Shown here one piece after another: positions 40,121 through 50,628 of a DNA stretch of 64,000 bases (position 1 is the first letter of the stretch; every line of letters begins with the position of its first letter). The notes under the pieces were generated by a model. The model made no database searches and was not told the origin of the DNA. It saw only the letters and a program-made list of their open reading frames with translations. This DNA comes from Spirochaetota bacterium (GTDB lineage: Bacteria; Spirochaetota; UBA4802; UBA5550), in NCBI GenBank assembly GCA_050298055.1, contig JBNKTL010000028.1:1-64000 (forward strand), in the 5' to 3' direction. Position numbers and translations under genes: made by a program.

Positions 40121-40312
40121 ATGAAATTAGACGATTGTGAAAAATGTGAATACCATCTGGATTATGCATTAAACGAAGTTGTATGCAACTTCTGGGATGA
40201 GGTAACAAATAGAATTACAGTGAAAAGGGCCAAGGAACTGTATGTGAAGGACTGCCCCAAGGAAAAATCTGCACGACAGAGTGTTCTTCAAACACTTAAA
40301 AGAGAAGAATAG
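40121..40312 (+). CDS. Small Cys-rich hypothetical protein
   Basis: CEKCEYH...C...CP; upstream TTGACA at 40035. Confidence 0.6.
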   Translation: MKLDDCEKCEYHLDYALNEVVCNFWDEVTNRITVKRAKELYVKDCPKEKSARQSVLQTLKREE

Positions 40313-40338
40313 ATAGAATATCTTTGATGTTTAAGTAT

Positions 40339-41373
40339 TTACTGCCAGCGGAGTGATGACGCCTTAAAGAGCAGCCAGACATCCATTCCCGGAACAAGCC
40401 TGAGTTCATTAACCGCATGCCTGGTGAGAGAGCAGTTCATGCTGAAACCGTTAACACTAATATCAGCCAGGATCCCGCTGTTCTCCCCCGGTGACCGGAG
40501 TCCCTTTATTTTCCCCTTCAGACAGTTCTGGGCAGAGAGCCCCTTCTGTTCCGTGATAGAGACCATTATTTTAGACGGTTCGATTATTGCCGGGCAATCT
40601 GCAGAGGGAGGCTTCCCCGCGTAGATCTTTAATCCCCCGCCGAGATTTTTTGACCAGAGACCGTCAATATCCTCCTCCCATGGCCCTGTAATAATGTTGT
40701 CCATACCGTAACCGGCAATCATGCCGTTGTGCACCCTGAGGATATTATTCGAAAACTCATTGAGCCATACCAGGTCGTGACTGGAGACAATAAGCGTGGT
40801 CCTGTGTTCCCTGTGGATCTCAAGAATGGCTTTTTTAATGGAGAGGGAACTCACACTATCGATATTTGACATAGGTTCATCCATGATTAACACAGAGGGT
40901 TTCAGCACGAGCCGGGCGGCCAGGGCCACACGTACAGCCTCACCCCCGGAAAGCTGGTGCCATCTTCTTGACCTGAATCTTGAAGGATCAAGACCCACAA
41001 GCTCCAGGGCATCATCCACACCCTTTTTAATATCCGCCTTTCCCGCACTTTTTCTCTTTAAACCGTATGCCACATTCTCGAAGACAGATCTCTTAAGCAG
41101 GTAGGGGTCCTGTAACTGAAAAATAATCCCCTTCCCCTTCCCCGCTCCATCTGTTTTTCCCGAACAGGGTACATTATTAAAGTATATCTCCCCGGAGTCG
41201 GGTTTTTCAAGGAACGCAAGGATCTTGAGAAGCGTGGTTTTTCCGCTGCCATTTGGTCCGTAGAGACCCAGGGAATCACCTCTTTTGATCTCCAGGCGGG
41301 GGATATTAAGACGAAATCCTCCCGGATAGTCCTTTCTGATACCTGCAAGCCTGTACTGGTGAAATTCTTCCAT
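40339..41373 (-). CDS. tupC: Tungstate ABC transporter ATP-binding subunit with TOBE domain
   Basis: GPNGSGKTT, LSGGE, MDEP; C-terminal SAQN.L.G.I...FKAS TOBE segment. Confidence 0.85.
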   Translation of the reverse strand: MEEFHQYRLAGIRKDYPGGFRLNIPRLEIKRGDSLGLYGPNGSGKTTLLKILAFLEKPDSGEIYFNNVPCSGKTDGAGKGKGIIFQLQDPYLLKRSVFENVAYGLKRKSAGKADIKKGVDDALELVGLDPSRFRSRRWHQLSGGEAVRVALAARLVLKPSVLIMDEPMSNIDSVSSLSIKKAILEIHREHRTTLIVSSHDLVWLNEFSNNILRVHNGMIAGYGMDNIITGPWEEDIDGLWSKNLGGGLKIYAGKPPSADCPAIIEPSKIMVSITEQKGLSAQNCLKGKIKGLRSPGENSGILADISVNGFSMNCSLTRHAVNELRLVPGMDVWLLFKASSLRWQ

Positions 41374-41375
41374 TT

Positions 41376-42071
41376 CTAAATTCCTGATATTCTCCTGAGA
41401 AGCATCAAGAGAAGATTAACGGTAAATGCCATTAAAAGCAGTATTATTCCCAGGGAGATCCCCATTGCAAAGTCTCCTTTCCCCGATTCCAGGGCTATGG
41501 CCGTGGTTATGGTCCGGGTACTCCACTTGATGTTTCCCCCGATCATCATTGAAACCCCGACCTCCGATATTGCCCTTCCATACGCGGTAATCGCGGCCGC
41601 CGCAACCGCGAACCGGGCTTCATAAAGACTGGAAATCATGATCTCCCTTTTCCCCGCACCGAGAGTCATCAGGGTCGGCTTGAGGCGGGGGTCAGAGCTC
41701 TCTATGGCAGTGGCTGTGAGGGAAATAACAATGGGGAGAACAAGCAGGGTCTGGGCCACTACAATTCCCGGCACGGTAAAGAGGATCTCCATACAGCCCA
41801 GGGGCCCTCTCCGGGAGATAAAGGCATAGACGAAGAGCCCCACGACCACCGTGGGAAGAGAGAGGAGCGTATCCGAAAGGGCTCTGAGCTGTTTTTTGAG
41901 AAAGAAATCAAAATATCCGAGCACAAAACCCGCGGGCAATCCTATAAGCAGACTGAAGGTAATAGAGAGAGTTGAGGCCTTAACCGTTGTAAAAACAGCA
42001 GAAAATGTTTCGTCATTGAGTTCAATGATCAACCTCAGGGCCTCAACAACCCCCTCAAGAAGAAAATCCAT
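41376..42071 (-). CDS. tupB: Tungstate ABC transporter permease
   Basis: LPTVVVGL, GRAISEVG..M.IGGNI..TRTITTAIALE..KG. Confidence 0.92.
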   Translation of the reverse strand: MDFLLEGVVEALRLIIELNDETFSAVFTTVKASTLSITFSLLIGLPAGFVLGYFDFFLKKQLRALSDTLLSLPTVVVGLFVYAFISRRGPLGCMEILFTVPGIVVAQTLLVLPIVISLTATAIESSDPRLKPTLMTLGAGKREIMISSLYEARFAVAAAAITAYGRAISEVGVSMMIGGNIKWSTRTITTAIALESGKGDFAMGISLGIILLLMAFTVNLLLMLLRRISGI

Positions 42072-42076
42072 ACTAT

Positions 42077-42919
42077 CTATTTATTCGCATTTGGAGTAAA
42101 CAGGGGCTTCTCCAGCAGCCTGAATGCCCCGATAAGTTTTTGGGCCTTTTCGGATTTCATCCACTCTATGAGCTTTTCCGATGCTGATGTATTGACATTC
42201 CCGCACTTTTTGCTGTTAACGGCAATAAGACTGTACTGGTTAAGGAGCATATCTTCCCCTTCCGCGAGTATGACAAGAGTCGGCTTCCCCTTTTTGCTCG
42301 ATTCATATTTTATATATGTCCCCCTGTCGGTAAGGGTATACCCTCCCCTTTCTGAAGCAATATTGATGGTATTGAGCATCCCCTGTCCTGTCTGCACATA
42401 CCAGCTCTCCTTCTCAGGGACTTTAAGGCCTGCTTTCTTCCAGAGGCTCAACTCCTTTTTATGGGTCCCCGAATTATCTCCCCGGCTTGCAAAAATCGCC
42501 TTTTTACCTGAAATTGCCGTGAGGACTTCCTTCATTTTTTTTCCTTTGATCCCCGCGGGGTCCTCGGCCGGTCCGATTATCACAAAATCGTTATACATGA
42601 TCTGGTGTCTTTTTACGCCGTATCCTTCTTTCACATACTTCTTTTCCGCTCCCGGCGCATGCACAAGGAGAATATCAACATCACAGTTCTTTCCAAGCTG
42701 CAGCGCTTTCCCGGTACCCACAGCCACCCAGTTCATAATAATCCCCGTATCCTTCTCAAAATAAGGTTTAAGATAATCCATTAAACCTGTATTGTCCGTA
42801 CTGGTTGTTGTGGCGATCTTGAGCGGTTTTCCGGAGGATTTGCCGCAACCGGCCATAAAAAGCGATAAAACAGAGACTAAAAGAACAAACTTAATTAATG
42901 AGCCTTTTATCCTGAACAT
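42077..42919 (-). CDS. tupA: Tungstate ABC transporter substrate-binding lipoprotein
   Basis: Lipobox MAGC; ATTTS, GTGKAL, SRGDNSGTH, TDRGTY. Confidence 0.93.
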   Translation of the reverse strand: MFRIKGSLIKFVLLVSVLSLFMAGCGKSSGKPLKIATTTSTDNTGLMDYLKPYFEKDTGIIMNWVAVGTGKALQLGKNCDVDILLVHAPGAEKKYVKEGYGVKRHQIMYNDFVIIGPAEDPAGIKGKKMKEVLTAISGKKAIFASRGDNSGTHKKELSLWKKAGLKVPEKESWYVQTGQGMLNTINIASERGGYTLTDRGTYIKYESSKKGKPTLVILAEGEDMLLNQYSLIAVNSKKCGNVNTSASEKLIEWMKSEKAQKLIGAFRLLEKPLFTPNANK

Positions 42920-42953
42920 TTTTAATACCTCAAAATATTTTAATAAAATCACA

Positions 42954-43090
42954 GTCGCTACTCAACTACATGGATAAAATATACATATTTAAAAATACCA
43001 ACATTGTGTCCCCGCCGCCAACGGCGGCGGGGACACAATAGTTATCTTTTATTTATTAACATGTCAATTTTATACATGACCGGTAATAAC
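42954..43090. repeat. Palindromic intergenic element family, copy D
   Basis: gctactcaactacatggataaaat...aaaataccaac; perfect hairpin attgtgtccccgccgcc-aac-ggcggcggggacacaat; gttatctttt; attttatacatgaccggtaataac. Confidence 0.75.
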
Positions 43091-43427
43091 AAATCATAGC
43101 AATGCCTGTTGTGTGATAGAGAAAAAGAAAAATATACTGTTTGTCAATAAAATTTTTATATTATTGTAATAATATGTAACTATTAGTAATTTTTTAGCTT
43201 ATTTTGTTAATATTCAATTCTTAGATTCAATTTATAATTTTGCCCCAATTCTCATGCTCTGACCCTAAAATCCAATCCACCAGGCGGACAACTATCCGAA
43301 AACAATGCTCTGACCCATTTTTTCTCCACACAACCGGTAACATTATATATAAAACCCGTTTCAAAAAATGATATGAAATCAAAAAAAACTTGAACTGAGC
43401 ACCATTACATGAAAATTAATAATAATC

Positions 43428-44858
43428 ATGAATATCAACATCAAAGATATAATCTTCAGGGACCCCGTTAAAAAAAAGCAGGTCCAGGTCCCGAAAATCC
43501 TCATCGTAGAGGAAAAAACCAATGTCGCAAAGGATATACGAAATAACCTGAAAAAACTCGGCTACGATGTAACAACAATCCTCAATTCCCCTGACGATGC
43601 AATCAGGGAGATCTTTAAGAACAAACCCGACCTTATCATGATGGATGCGGGAACGGATATCACTTCAAATAATGTTGATATCGCCCTCAAGATCAGGAAG
43701 GACTTCGGTATCCCGATCATATACCTGACCTCCTACCCGGAAAAATATATCCTGAAAAAGGCGAAAATAACCGAGCCCTTTGAATACCTTCTCAAACCGG
43801 TCAACAGCAAGAACCTCTCCAGTGCCGTTGAGATATCACTCTACAAGGATGAGATCGATAGGAAGCTGAAGGAAAGCGAAGGCATCTACAGAACAATTTT
43901 CGAGACAACAGGGAACGCCACGATCTTTATCGAGAGTGATACCACAGTTTCCCTTGCCAACAGGGAGTTTGAAAAGCTCTCCGGGTATTCACGGGAGGAG
44001 ATCGAAGGACAGAAGAGCTGGACGGAGTTTGTCACCCGGGAAGACCTGGACAGGATGCTTGAGTACCACAGGATGAGAAGAATTGACCCCACATCAGCGC
44101 CCAGGAATTATGAATTCAGGTTCAGGGACAGGTATGGGGAGATCAAGGACATCTATATGACAACAGATATGATCCCCGGAACGAAAAAAAGTGTGGCATC
44201 ATTTATGAACATTTCGGAGCAGAAAAGACTTGAGAGTGAAATTATCAGGATAAGCGAGCAGGAGAGGCAGCGAATCGGGAACGACCTCCATGACGGTCTG
44301 GGCCCGCACCTGGTAGGGGTCAAGTTCATGATAAACCTCCTGAAACAGAAACTTGAAGAAAAAGAAGTTGATGAAGCATCCAAGCTTCAGGAGATCAACG
44401 ATCTTATTACACAGGCCATCAACCACACACGGCAGCTCGTGAAGGGCTTAAGCCCCGTGGATATTGATGCTGACGGGCTGGTTTTCGCCCTTGCCGATCT
44501 CGCGCAAAACGTCGAAAAAGTTTACGGGATAAAATGCACCTTTAACCACAGCAGCCCTATTACCATAAAAGACAATATCGTAGCCGTGCACCTCTTTCTC
44601 ATTGTGCAGGAAGCGGTCAACAATTCCATAAAACACAGCAAAACGAAAGAGATCGCCATAGACATCAACGGCTCGGGAAATCTCATTACCCTCTCGGTGA
44701 GGGATGACGGTATCGGCATTGAAAAGCTTCTTGACAAGAGAAAAGGAATGGGAATTAATATTATGAAGTACAGGGCGAGAATCATAAACTCATCACTCAA
44801 TATCGGCCAGAATGATACGGGAGGGACTTCAGTAACCTGCACTCTCAGGCTCGACTGA
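43428..44858 (+). CDS. Receiver-PAS-HisKA_3 sensor histidine kinase
   Basis: REC (PDLIMMD...KP), PAS, ERQRIGNDLHDGLG, QEAVNNSIKH, DDGIG. Confidence 0.93.
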   Translation: MNINIKDIIFRDPVKKKQVQVPKILIVEEKTNVAKDIRNNLKKLGYDVTTILNSPDDAIREIFKNKPDLIMMDAGTDITSNNVDIALKIRKDFGIPIIYLTSYPEKYILKKAKITEPFEYLLKPVNSKNLSSAVEISLYKDEIDRKLKESEGIYRTIFETTGNATIFIESDTTVSLANREFEKLSGYSREEIEGQKSWTEFVTREDLDRMLEYHRMRRIDPTSAPRNYEFRFRDRYGEIKDIYMTTDMIPGTKKSVASFMNISEQKRLESEIIRISEQERQRIGNDLHDGLGPHLVGVKFMINLLKQKLEEKEVDEASKLQEINDLITQAINHTRQLVKGLSPVDIDADGLVFALADLAQNVEKVYGIKCTFNHSSPITIKDNIVAVHLFLIVQEAVNNSIKHSKTKEIAIDINGSGNLITLSVRDDGIGIEKLLDKRKGMGINIMKYRARIINSSLNIGQNDTGGTSVTCTLRLD

Positions 44859-44874
44859 GAACCGGGACGTCACT

Positions 44875-45543
44875 ATGCTTTCAGCAAAGGGTAAAATAAA
44901 AGTTTTCCTGGTTGAAGACCATCCCATATTCAGGAAGGGTCTTGCGCAGCTTATTAACAATGAGAAAGACATGAGCGTGTGCGGCGAGGCGGAAGATACA
45001 TTAATCGCATTGAAATCAATCAGGGAATCCATACCCGATATTGCTATTGTTGATATAACCCTCAAGGACAGGAGCGGTATCGACCTCATCAAGGACGCCA
45101 GGATGCATTTTCCAAATATGCCGATCATTGTCCTTTCAATGCACGATGAAAAAATCTACGCGGAAAGGTCACTCAGGGCCGGGGCAAAGGGATATATTAT
45201 GAAACAGGAAGCCCCGGAAATTATCATAAAGGCCATACGGCATGTACTCAACGGGAACATCTATGTAAGCGACCAGATAGCAACACGGATCTTCAGCATG
45301 ATTCTCGAAGGGAAACCCGCCCCCGACAGTTCACCGGTTGACCTTCTTACGGACAGGGAACTGGAAGTCTTTGAGCTCATTGGACAGGGTTTCGGCACAC
45401 GGCAGGTTGCACAGAAACTCAACATAAGCATTAAAACAGTTGAAAACCACAGGATCCACATCAAGGAAAAACTCAACCTCCATAGTGCCATTGAACTGGT
45501 TCAGAAAGCCACACTCTGGGTACAGAGTGAACAGCAGACATAG
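44875..45543 (+). CDS. NarL/LuxR-family response regulator
   Basis: VEDHPIFRKG, VDITL, LTDRELEVF...KTVENHR. Confidence 0.95.
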   Translation: MLSAKGKIKVFLVEDHPIFRKGLAQLINNEKDMSVCGEAEDTLIALKSIRESIPDIAIVDITLKDRSGIDLIKDARMHFPNMPIIVLSMHDEKIYAERSLRAGAKGYIMKQEAPEIIIKAIRHVLNGNIYVSDQIATRIFSMILEGKPAPDSSPVDLLTDRELEVFELIGQGFGTRQVAQKLNISIKTVENHRIHIKEKLNLHSAIELVQKATLWVQSEQQT

Positions 45544-45548
45544 CACCA

Positions 45549-47450
45549 ATGGACAGTCATCCCCTTGACAGCTGGAAAAAGATTTACCCGGAAAAATTTG
45601 TCTCCGAAGAAAAAATCTTCGGCAAAATCCGGAGGGGTGACAGAATATTCATAAGCACCGGCTGCGGTCAGCCCCAGTACCTTGTCAACGCCATGACCAA
45701 CTACGTAACATCCCACCCCAAGGCATTTGCGGAAGCGGAGATCATGCAGGTCTGGACACTGGGAGTCGCCCCCTACATCAATGAAAAGTTCAACTACAAC
45801 TTCAGGCATAACTCCTTCTTTGTGGGGGACAACACACGGGAGCATGTGAACAGGGGACTGGCCGACTACACTCCCATCTTTCTCTCCCATGTACCCCGGC
45901 TCATGAGGACCGGGAGAATACCCATAGAGATCGCCCTGATCCAGACGTCCCTGCCTGACAGGAACGGGTATGTGAGCCTGGGAATCAGCGTTGATATCAC
46001 AAAATCAGCCATTGAAAACGCCGTAGTAACCATTGCCCAGATCAACAAAAACATGCCCCGGATACACGGGAACACCTTTATTCATCTTGAAGATATCGAC
46101 TACATTCTTCCCCGGGATGAGCCCCTGATCCAGTATGATCCCCGTCCCCCTGACGGCATTGCCGAACAGATCGGGAAGTATGTCTCGAGGATCGTCAATG
46201 ACGGTGACACGATACAGCTTGGATACGGCAGCCTTCCCAATGCCATCCTCCACAACATGGGAGAGAAGAAAGACCTGGGTGTCCATACGGAACTTCTTAC
46301 CGATTCCATGGTTGAATTGATCAAAAAGGGCGTCATTAACAACAGCAGAAAGAGCAGGAAGAGGGGAAAATCGGTAGCTGCCTTCTGCATGGGAACAACC
46401 GAAACCTATGAATTCCTCCATGATAACCCCATCATCGATTTCAATCCCATCGATTACACCAACAATCCCCTTACTATTTCGCAGATTGAAAATATGACAG
46501 CCATAAATTCCGCGCTCCAGGTCGATCTTACCGGGCAGTCGACCTCGGAATCCATAGGCGGAACATTCTACAGCGGGATAGGAGGACATGCCGATTTTAT
46601 GCGGGGGGCTATCATGGCCCCGGGGGGGAAGACCATCCTCGTACTCCAGTCCACGGCAAAGTCGGGAGAAGTCTCCCGCATCGTTCCCTTCCTGGACAGC
46701 GGCGCCGGGGTGACCCTGAACAGGGGTGACATCCACTATATCGTCACGGAATTCGGGATTGCCTACATCCACGGAAAAAACATCAGGGAGAGGGCCATGG
46801 ACCTCATCGCCATTGCCCACCCGAAGTTCAGGAGCGGACTCATAGAAGAGGCCAAGAAGAACAATATCATCTACAGGGACCAGGCCTATATCCCCGGGAA
46901 AAAGGGTGAATACCCGGAACACCTTGAAGTCCACGGCACACTTACCGACGGGACCGAAATAAAAATAAGGCCGGTCAAGATCAATGACGAGCCGATCATA
47001 AAGGACTTCTTCTACTCCCTCTCCGATAACAGCATCCAGCGCAGGTTCATGTCATACCGGACAGATATCACCCATGACCTGAGACAGGACTTTACCGTCA
47101 TCGATTATACACGGGAGATGACAATTCTCGCGGTCATCGAGGGGGAGGAGAACAAGGAGATCCTGCTGGGTATGGGCCAGTCCATTAAAAGTGAAGACTC
47201 CCACTCGGCGGAGATCGCCTTTGCCGTCCGCGACGACTACCAGAACCTGGGTATCGGCACAAAGCTCCTCTCCTATTTAATTATCCTTGCCCAGAAAGAC
47301 GGGCTCCACGGATTTACCGCCGATGTTCTGCTGGAGAACAGGGCAATGGTCAGGGTTTTTGAAAATCTTTTCCCCGATATGGAAAAAAGAATTGAAGATA
47401 ATGTCATTAACTGTACAATGAGATTCAAAAATAAAGATGAAGAAAAGTGA
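45549..47450 (+). CDS. Acetyl-CoA hydrolase/transferase fused to C-terminal GNAT
   Basis: IQLGYGSLP, DLGVHTE, SGIGGHADF, IAHPKFR; AEIAFAVRDDYQNLGIGTKL GNAT motif A. Confidence 0.92.
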   Translation: MDSHPLDSWKKIYPEKFVSEEKIFGKIRRGDRIFISTGCGQPQYLVNAMTNYVTSHPKAFAEAEIMQVWTLGVAPYINEKFNYNFRHNSFFVGDNTREHVNRGLADYTPIFLSHVPRLMRTGRIPIEIALIQTSLPDRNGYVSLGISVDITKSAIENAVVTIAQINKNMPRIHGNTFIHLEDIDYILPRDEPLIQYDPRPPDGIAEQIGKYVSRIVNDGDTIQLGYGSLPNAILHNMGEKKDLGVHTELLTDSMVELIKKGVINNSRKSRKRGKSVAAFCMGTTETYEFLHDNPIIDFNPIDYTNNPLTISQIENMTAINSALQVDLTGQSTSESIGGTFYSGIGGHADFMRGAIMAPGGKTILVLQSTAKSGEVSRIVPFLDSGAGVTLNRGDIHYIVTEFGIAYIHGKNIRERAMDLIAIAHPKFRSGLIEEAKKNNIIYRDQAYIPGKKGEYPEHLEVHGTLTDGTEIKIRPVKINDEPIIKDFFYSLSDNSIQRRFMSYRTDITHDLRQDFTVIDYTREMTILAVIEGEENKEILLGMGQSIKSEDSHSAEIAFAVRDDYQNLGIGTKLLSYLIILAQKDGLHGFTADVLLENRAMVRVFENLFPDMEKRIEDNVINCTMRFKNKDEEK

Positions 47451-49572
47451 TAACAGCACCATAACCTCCCTCTTTGAGCCCCGGAGCTTTGCCATCATCG
47501 GTGCGTCCCAAAACCCGAAGAAAATCGGCCACACCATTACACGAAATGTTATCGAGGGGGGATTCACAGGGGACGTCTACCCGGTCAATCCCGACGGGGG
47601 AGAGCTCCTGGGGAGAAAGGTCTTCACGGGCATAGGGGAAATCAAGGGGCAGGTGGATGTTGCTTCCATTGCCGTACCGGCAAAGTTTGTGGTAAACGTG
47701 GTCAGGGAGTGCGCTGAGAAGGGCGTAAAGCACATCCATATCATATCATCCGGTTTCTCCGAGGTGGGCAATATCGACCAGGAGAGAGAGATCGTACAGA
47801 CCGCCCGGGCCGCGGGGATGAGGGTCCTGGGCCCCAATATATTCGGGCTCTATTCGGCAAAAGCGTCCCTTAACTCAACATTTTCCGCGTCGGCAATCAT
47901 GCCGGGAAGCGTGGCGATCCTTACCCAGAGCGGGGCCCTGGGCATCGCAATGATCGGGAAAACGGCGGTTGACAATATCGGCCTCTCGGCCATCGTCTCA
48001 ATAGGCAACAAGTCGGATATCGACGAGGCGGACCTCCTGAGTTACCTTATCCGCCAGGAGGAAACAAATGTCATCATGATGTATATCGAGGGGGTAAAAA
48101 ACGGGGAGGCCCTTATCGAGACCCTCAAGGAGGCAACACTCAGGAAGCCCGTGATCGTCATCAAGTCGGGCAGGTCCGCGCGGGGGGCCATGGCAGCGGC
48201 TTCACACACCGGTTCCCTGGCAGGTTCCGATGCGGTGTTCGAAGCCATCATGAAGCAGTGCGGAGTACTCCGGGCCGAAAGTATCGACGAGGCCTTCAAC
48301 TGGTGCAAGTACCTTGCCTTCACCCCCCGCCCCCGGGGAAAGAAAAGTGTCATCGTCACCAACGGCGGGGGCATCGGCGTTATGGCAACCGATGCCTGCG
48401 AAAAGTTCGGTATAAGCCTCTATGACGACCAGGAGATCCTGAAGGAGGTCTTCGAGCCTGCAACTCCCTCCTTCGGGTCCACAAAAAATCCCGTGGACAT
48501 TACCGGAGGAGCAAACTCCGGCGACTATATCCACGCCCTCACCGCCCCCGCGGCAAGCGAACATATGGACTCCACAATCGCCCTCTACTGCGAAACGGCA
48601 ACATTCGATTACGAAAACCTCACCCCCATGATAAGGGACACATACAAAAAACACGCTGAAGCGGGAAAACCCATCACCTATGCCATCGTAGGGGGTGAAT
48701 CCGTGGACAAATCCATAAACACCCTCAGGAAGGAAAACATTCCGGTCTACGGGGACGTCTACGAAGCGGTATCATGCCTTTCAGTGTCCTACAGGTACCA
48801 GGAATATATCCAGGGTCACAGCCGCCGCTTTGACGAGATAGAGATAGATACGGGAAAGATAGACTCGATTATTGACACCGCGCTGTCAGAGGGAAGAAAA
48901 TTTCTCCTCTCCCATGAGGGTTCGCAGGTGATGTCACTGGTGGGTATCGGGATACCCGGAGAGAAGGTCACCAGGAGTATCGAAGAGGCCGTGGAGTTTG
49001 CGGAAAAAACGGGCTACCCGGTGGTCATGAAGATCGTGTCCCGGGATATCCTCCATAAAAGCGACGCGGGGGGGATAGCCCTTGACCTTGAGGACAGGGA
49101 GGAAGTGATAGACGCCTACGAAGCCATCATGCATAATGCCAAGGCATATGACCCCCATGCCCGGATCGACGGCATCCTTGTTTCTGAAATGGTCAAACAG
49201 GGCGTTGAACTGATCGTGGGGGCCAGGAGGGACCCTTCATTCGGTCCTGTTGTCATGTGCGGCCTGGGGGGGATCTATGTTGAGATCATGAAGGACATCA
49301 CCTTCAGGGGGCTTCCCATAAACAGGAACGAGGCAATGGCCATGATCAAGGAAATAAGGTCTTACCCGCTGCTTCTGGGAGCCCGGGGGGAGAACCGGAA
49401 AGATATTGAGGCCGTAGCGGAGACGATAATAAAGGTAGGAACTGTCATCAGGAAATGCCGGAGGATTACCGATATCGAGATAAACCCGGTGATGGTTTAT
49501 GACAGGGGCATGGGCGTTAAATCCGTGGACGCGAGAATCCTGATCACCGAGAAGAAGGAGACAGACCAATGA
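47437..49572 (+). CDS. ADP-forming acetate-CoA ligase (fused alpha/beta)
   Basis: IIGAS, GPN, QSGALG, SHTGSLAGSD (catalytic His), NPVD, HKSDAGG, EINP. Confidence 0.92.
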   Translation: MKKSDNSTITSLFEPRSFAIIGASQNPKKIGHTITRNVIEGGFTGDVYPVNPDGGELLGRKVFTGIGEIKGQVDVASIAVPAKFVVNVVRECAEKGVKHIHIISSGFSEVGNIDQEREIVQTARAAGMRVLGPNIFGLYSAKASLNSTFSASAIMPGSVAILTQSGALGIAMIGKTAVDNIGLSAIVSIGNKSDIDEADLLSYLIRQEETNVIMMYIEGVKNGEALIETLKEATLRKPVIVIKSGRSARGAMAAASHTGSLAGSDAVFEAIMKQCGVLRAESIDEAFNWCKYLAFTPRPRGKKSVIVTNGGGIGVMATDACEKFGISLYDDQEILKEVFEPATPSFGSTKNPVDITGGANSGDYIHALTAPAASEHMDSTIALYCETATFDYENLTPMIRDTYKKHAEAGKPITYAIVGGESVDKSINTLRKENIPVYGDVYEAVSCLSVSYRYQEYIQGHSRRFDEIEIDTGKIDSIIDTALSEGRKFLLSHEGSQVMSLVGIGIPGEKVTRSIEEAVEFAEKTGYPVVMKIVSRDILHKSDAGGIALDLEDREEVIDAYEAIMHNAKAYDPHARIDGILVSEMVKQGVELIVGARRDPSFGPVVMCGLGGIYVEIMKDITFRGLPINRNEAMAMIKEIRSYPLLLGARGENRKDIEAVAETIIKVGTVIRKCRRITDIEINPVMVYDRGMGVKSVDARILITEKKETDQ

Positions 49573-50606
49573 AGAGAATAATAATCGGATCAACCCGGGA
49601 AAATGCCGGGAAGACAAGCATTATCGCGGGGATGGCCACTGCTCTCAAGGGAGATTACGGATATATAAAACCCCTGGGGGACAGGCTCATCTATAAGAAG
49701 AAGAAGAGCTGGGACTACGATTCATGCCTCATCGTTGATATCCTGGGACTGGATGTTGAATCGGAAAACACATCAATAGGTTTTGACCACTGCAAGCTCC
49801 GCTATAAATATGACCAGGCCATGGTCAGGGAAACAGTCAACAGAATGGCCGCAGAAATGGAAAAAGGGAAAGAGGTCCTCTTCATCGAAGGGGGAAAGGA
49901 CCTTTCATACGGCAGTTCCCTTAACATGGACACAATAGCCCTGGCAGACTACCTTGACGCGGAGCTCATTCTCGTCATAAGCGGAAATGACGATAGCATC
50001 ATTGATGATATCACCTATCTGAAAAATTATTCGAAATCAGAAAAAATCCGGATAAAGGGTGTGATCATAAACAAGGTGCACGATCCGGAGGATTTTAAAA
50101 ATACCTATATGAATGAAATAAGTGATACGGGTATCAATATCCTGGGGATAGTCCCCTTCCGAAATGAACTTACTGATTTTACCATAAGTTACATGGCCGA
50201 CAAGCTCTTTGCAACATATATTGCCGGTGAAGCCGGGGCCGGCAGGGTTGTAAAGAACATATTCGTGGGAGCCATGTCCCAGGGAGAAATGCTCCGTCAT
50301 ATTCTTTTCAGCAAAGACAACAAGCTTATCATCACAAGCGGGGACAGGAGCGATGTGATCCTCACCGCCCTGGAGAGCAGCACATCGGGAATTATCCTTA
50401 CAAACAATATCCTTCCTCCGCCTAACATCGTATCAATGGCGGCTGACAGGGAGATACCTCTGCTCATGGTAAAAGGGGACACCTTCAAAGTGGCAAAACA
50501 GGTTGATGATATGGAACCTCTTCTCTCCATGGACAACAGCGACAACGTGAAGCTCCTCACGGAACTTGCGGGGAAGTATATTGAAACGGAGAAGATTTTG
50601 AAATAA
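49569..50606 (+). CDS. Phosphotransacetylase N-terminal-like protein (AAA_26 + DRTGG), no PTA catalytic domain
   Basis: STRENAGKT, YIKPLG, IEGG, GAM, ITSGDRSD, IILT. Confidence 0.88.
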   Translation: MKRIIIGSTRENAGKTSIIAGMATALKGDYGYIKPLGDRLIYKKKKSWDYDSCLIVDILGLDVESENTSIGFDHCKLRYKYDQAMVRETVNRMAAEMEKGKEVLFIEGGKDLSYGSSLNMDTIALADYLDAELILVISGNDDSIIDDITYLKNYSKSEKIRIKGVIINKVHDPEDFKNTYMNEISDTGINILGIVPFRNELTDFTISYMADKLFATYIAGEAGAGRVVKNIFVGAMSQGEMLRHILFSKDNKLIITSGDRSDVILTALESSTSGIILTNNILPPPNIVSMAADREIPLLMVKGDTFKVAKQVDDMEPLLSMDNSDNVKLLTELAGKYIETEKILK

Positions 50607-50628
50607 CACCGGTCGGGTGAATTTGATT

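Noticed and set aside
42954..43090. Moco/Wco riboswitch upstream of tupA
   Set aside because: The structure belongs to the dispersed element family that also precedes unrelated genes, and I could not match riboswitch features; an Rfam scan would settle it
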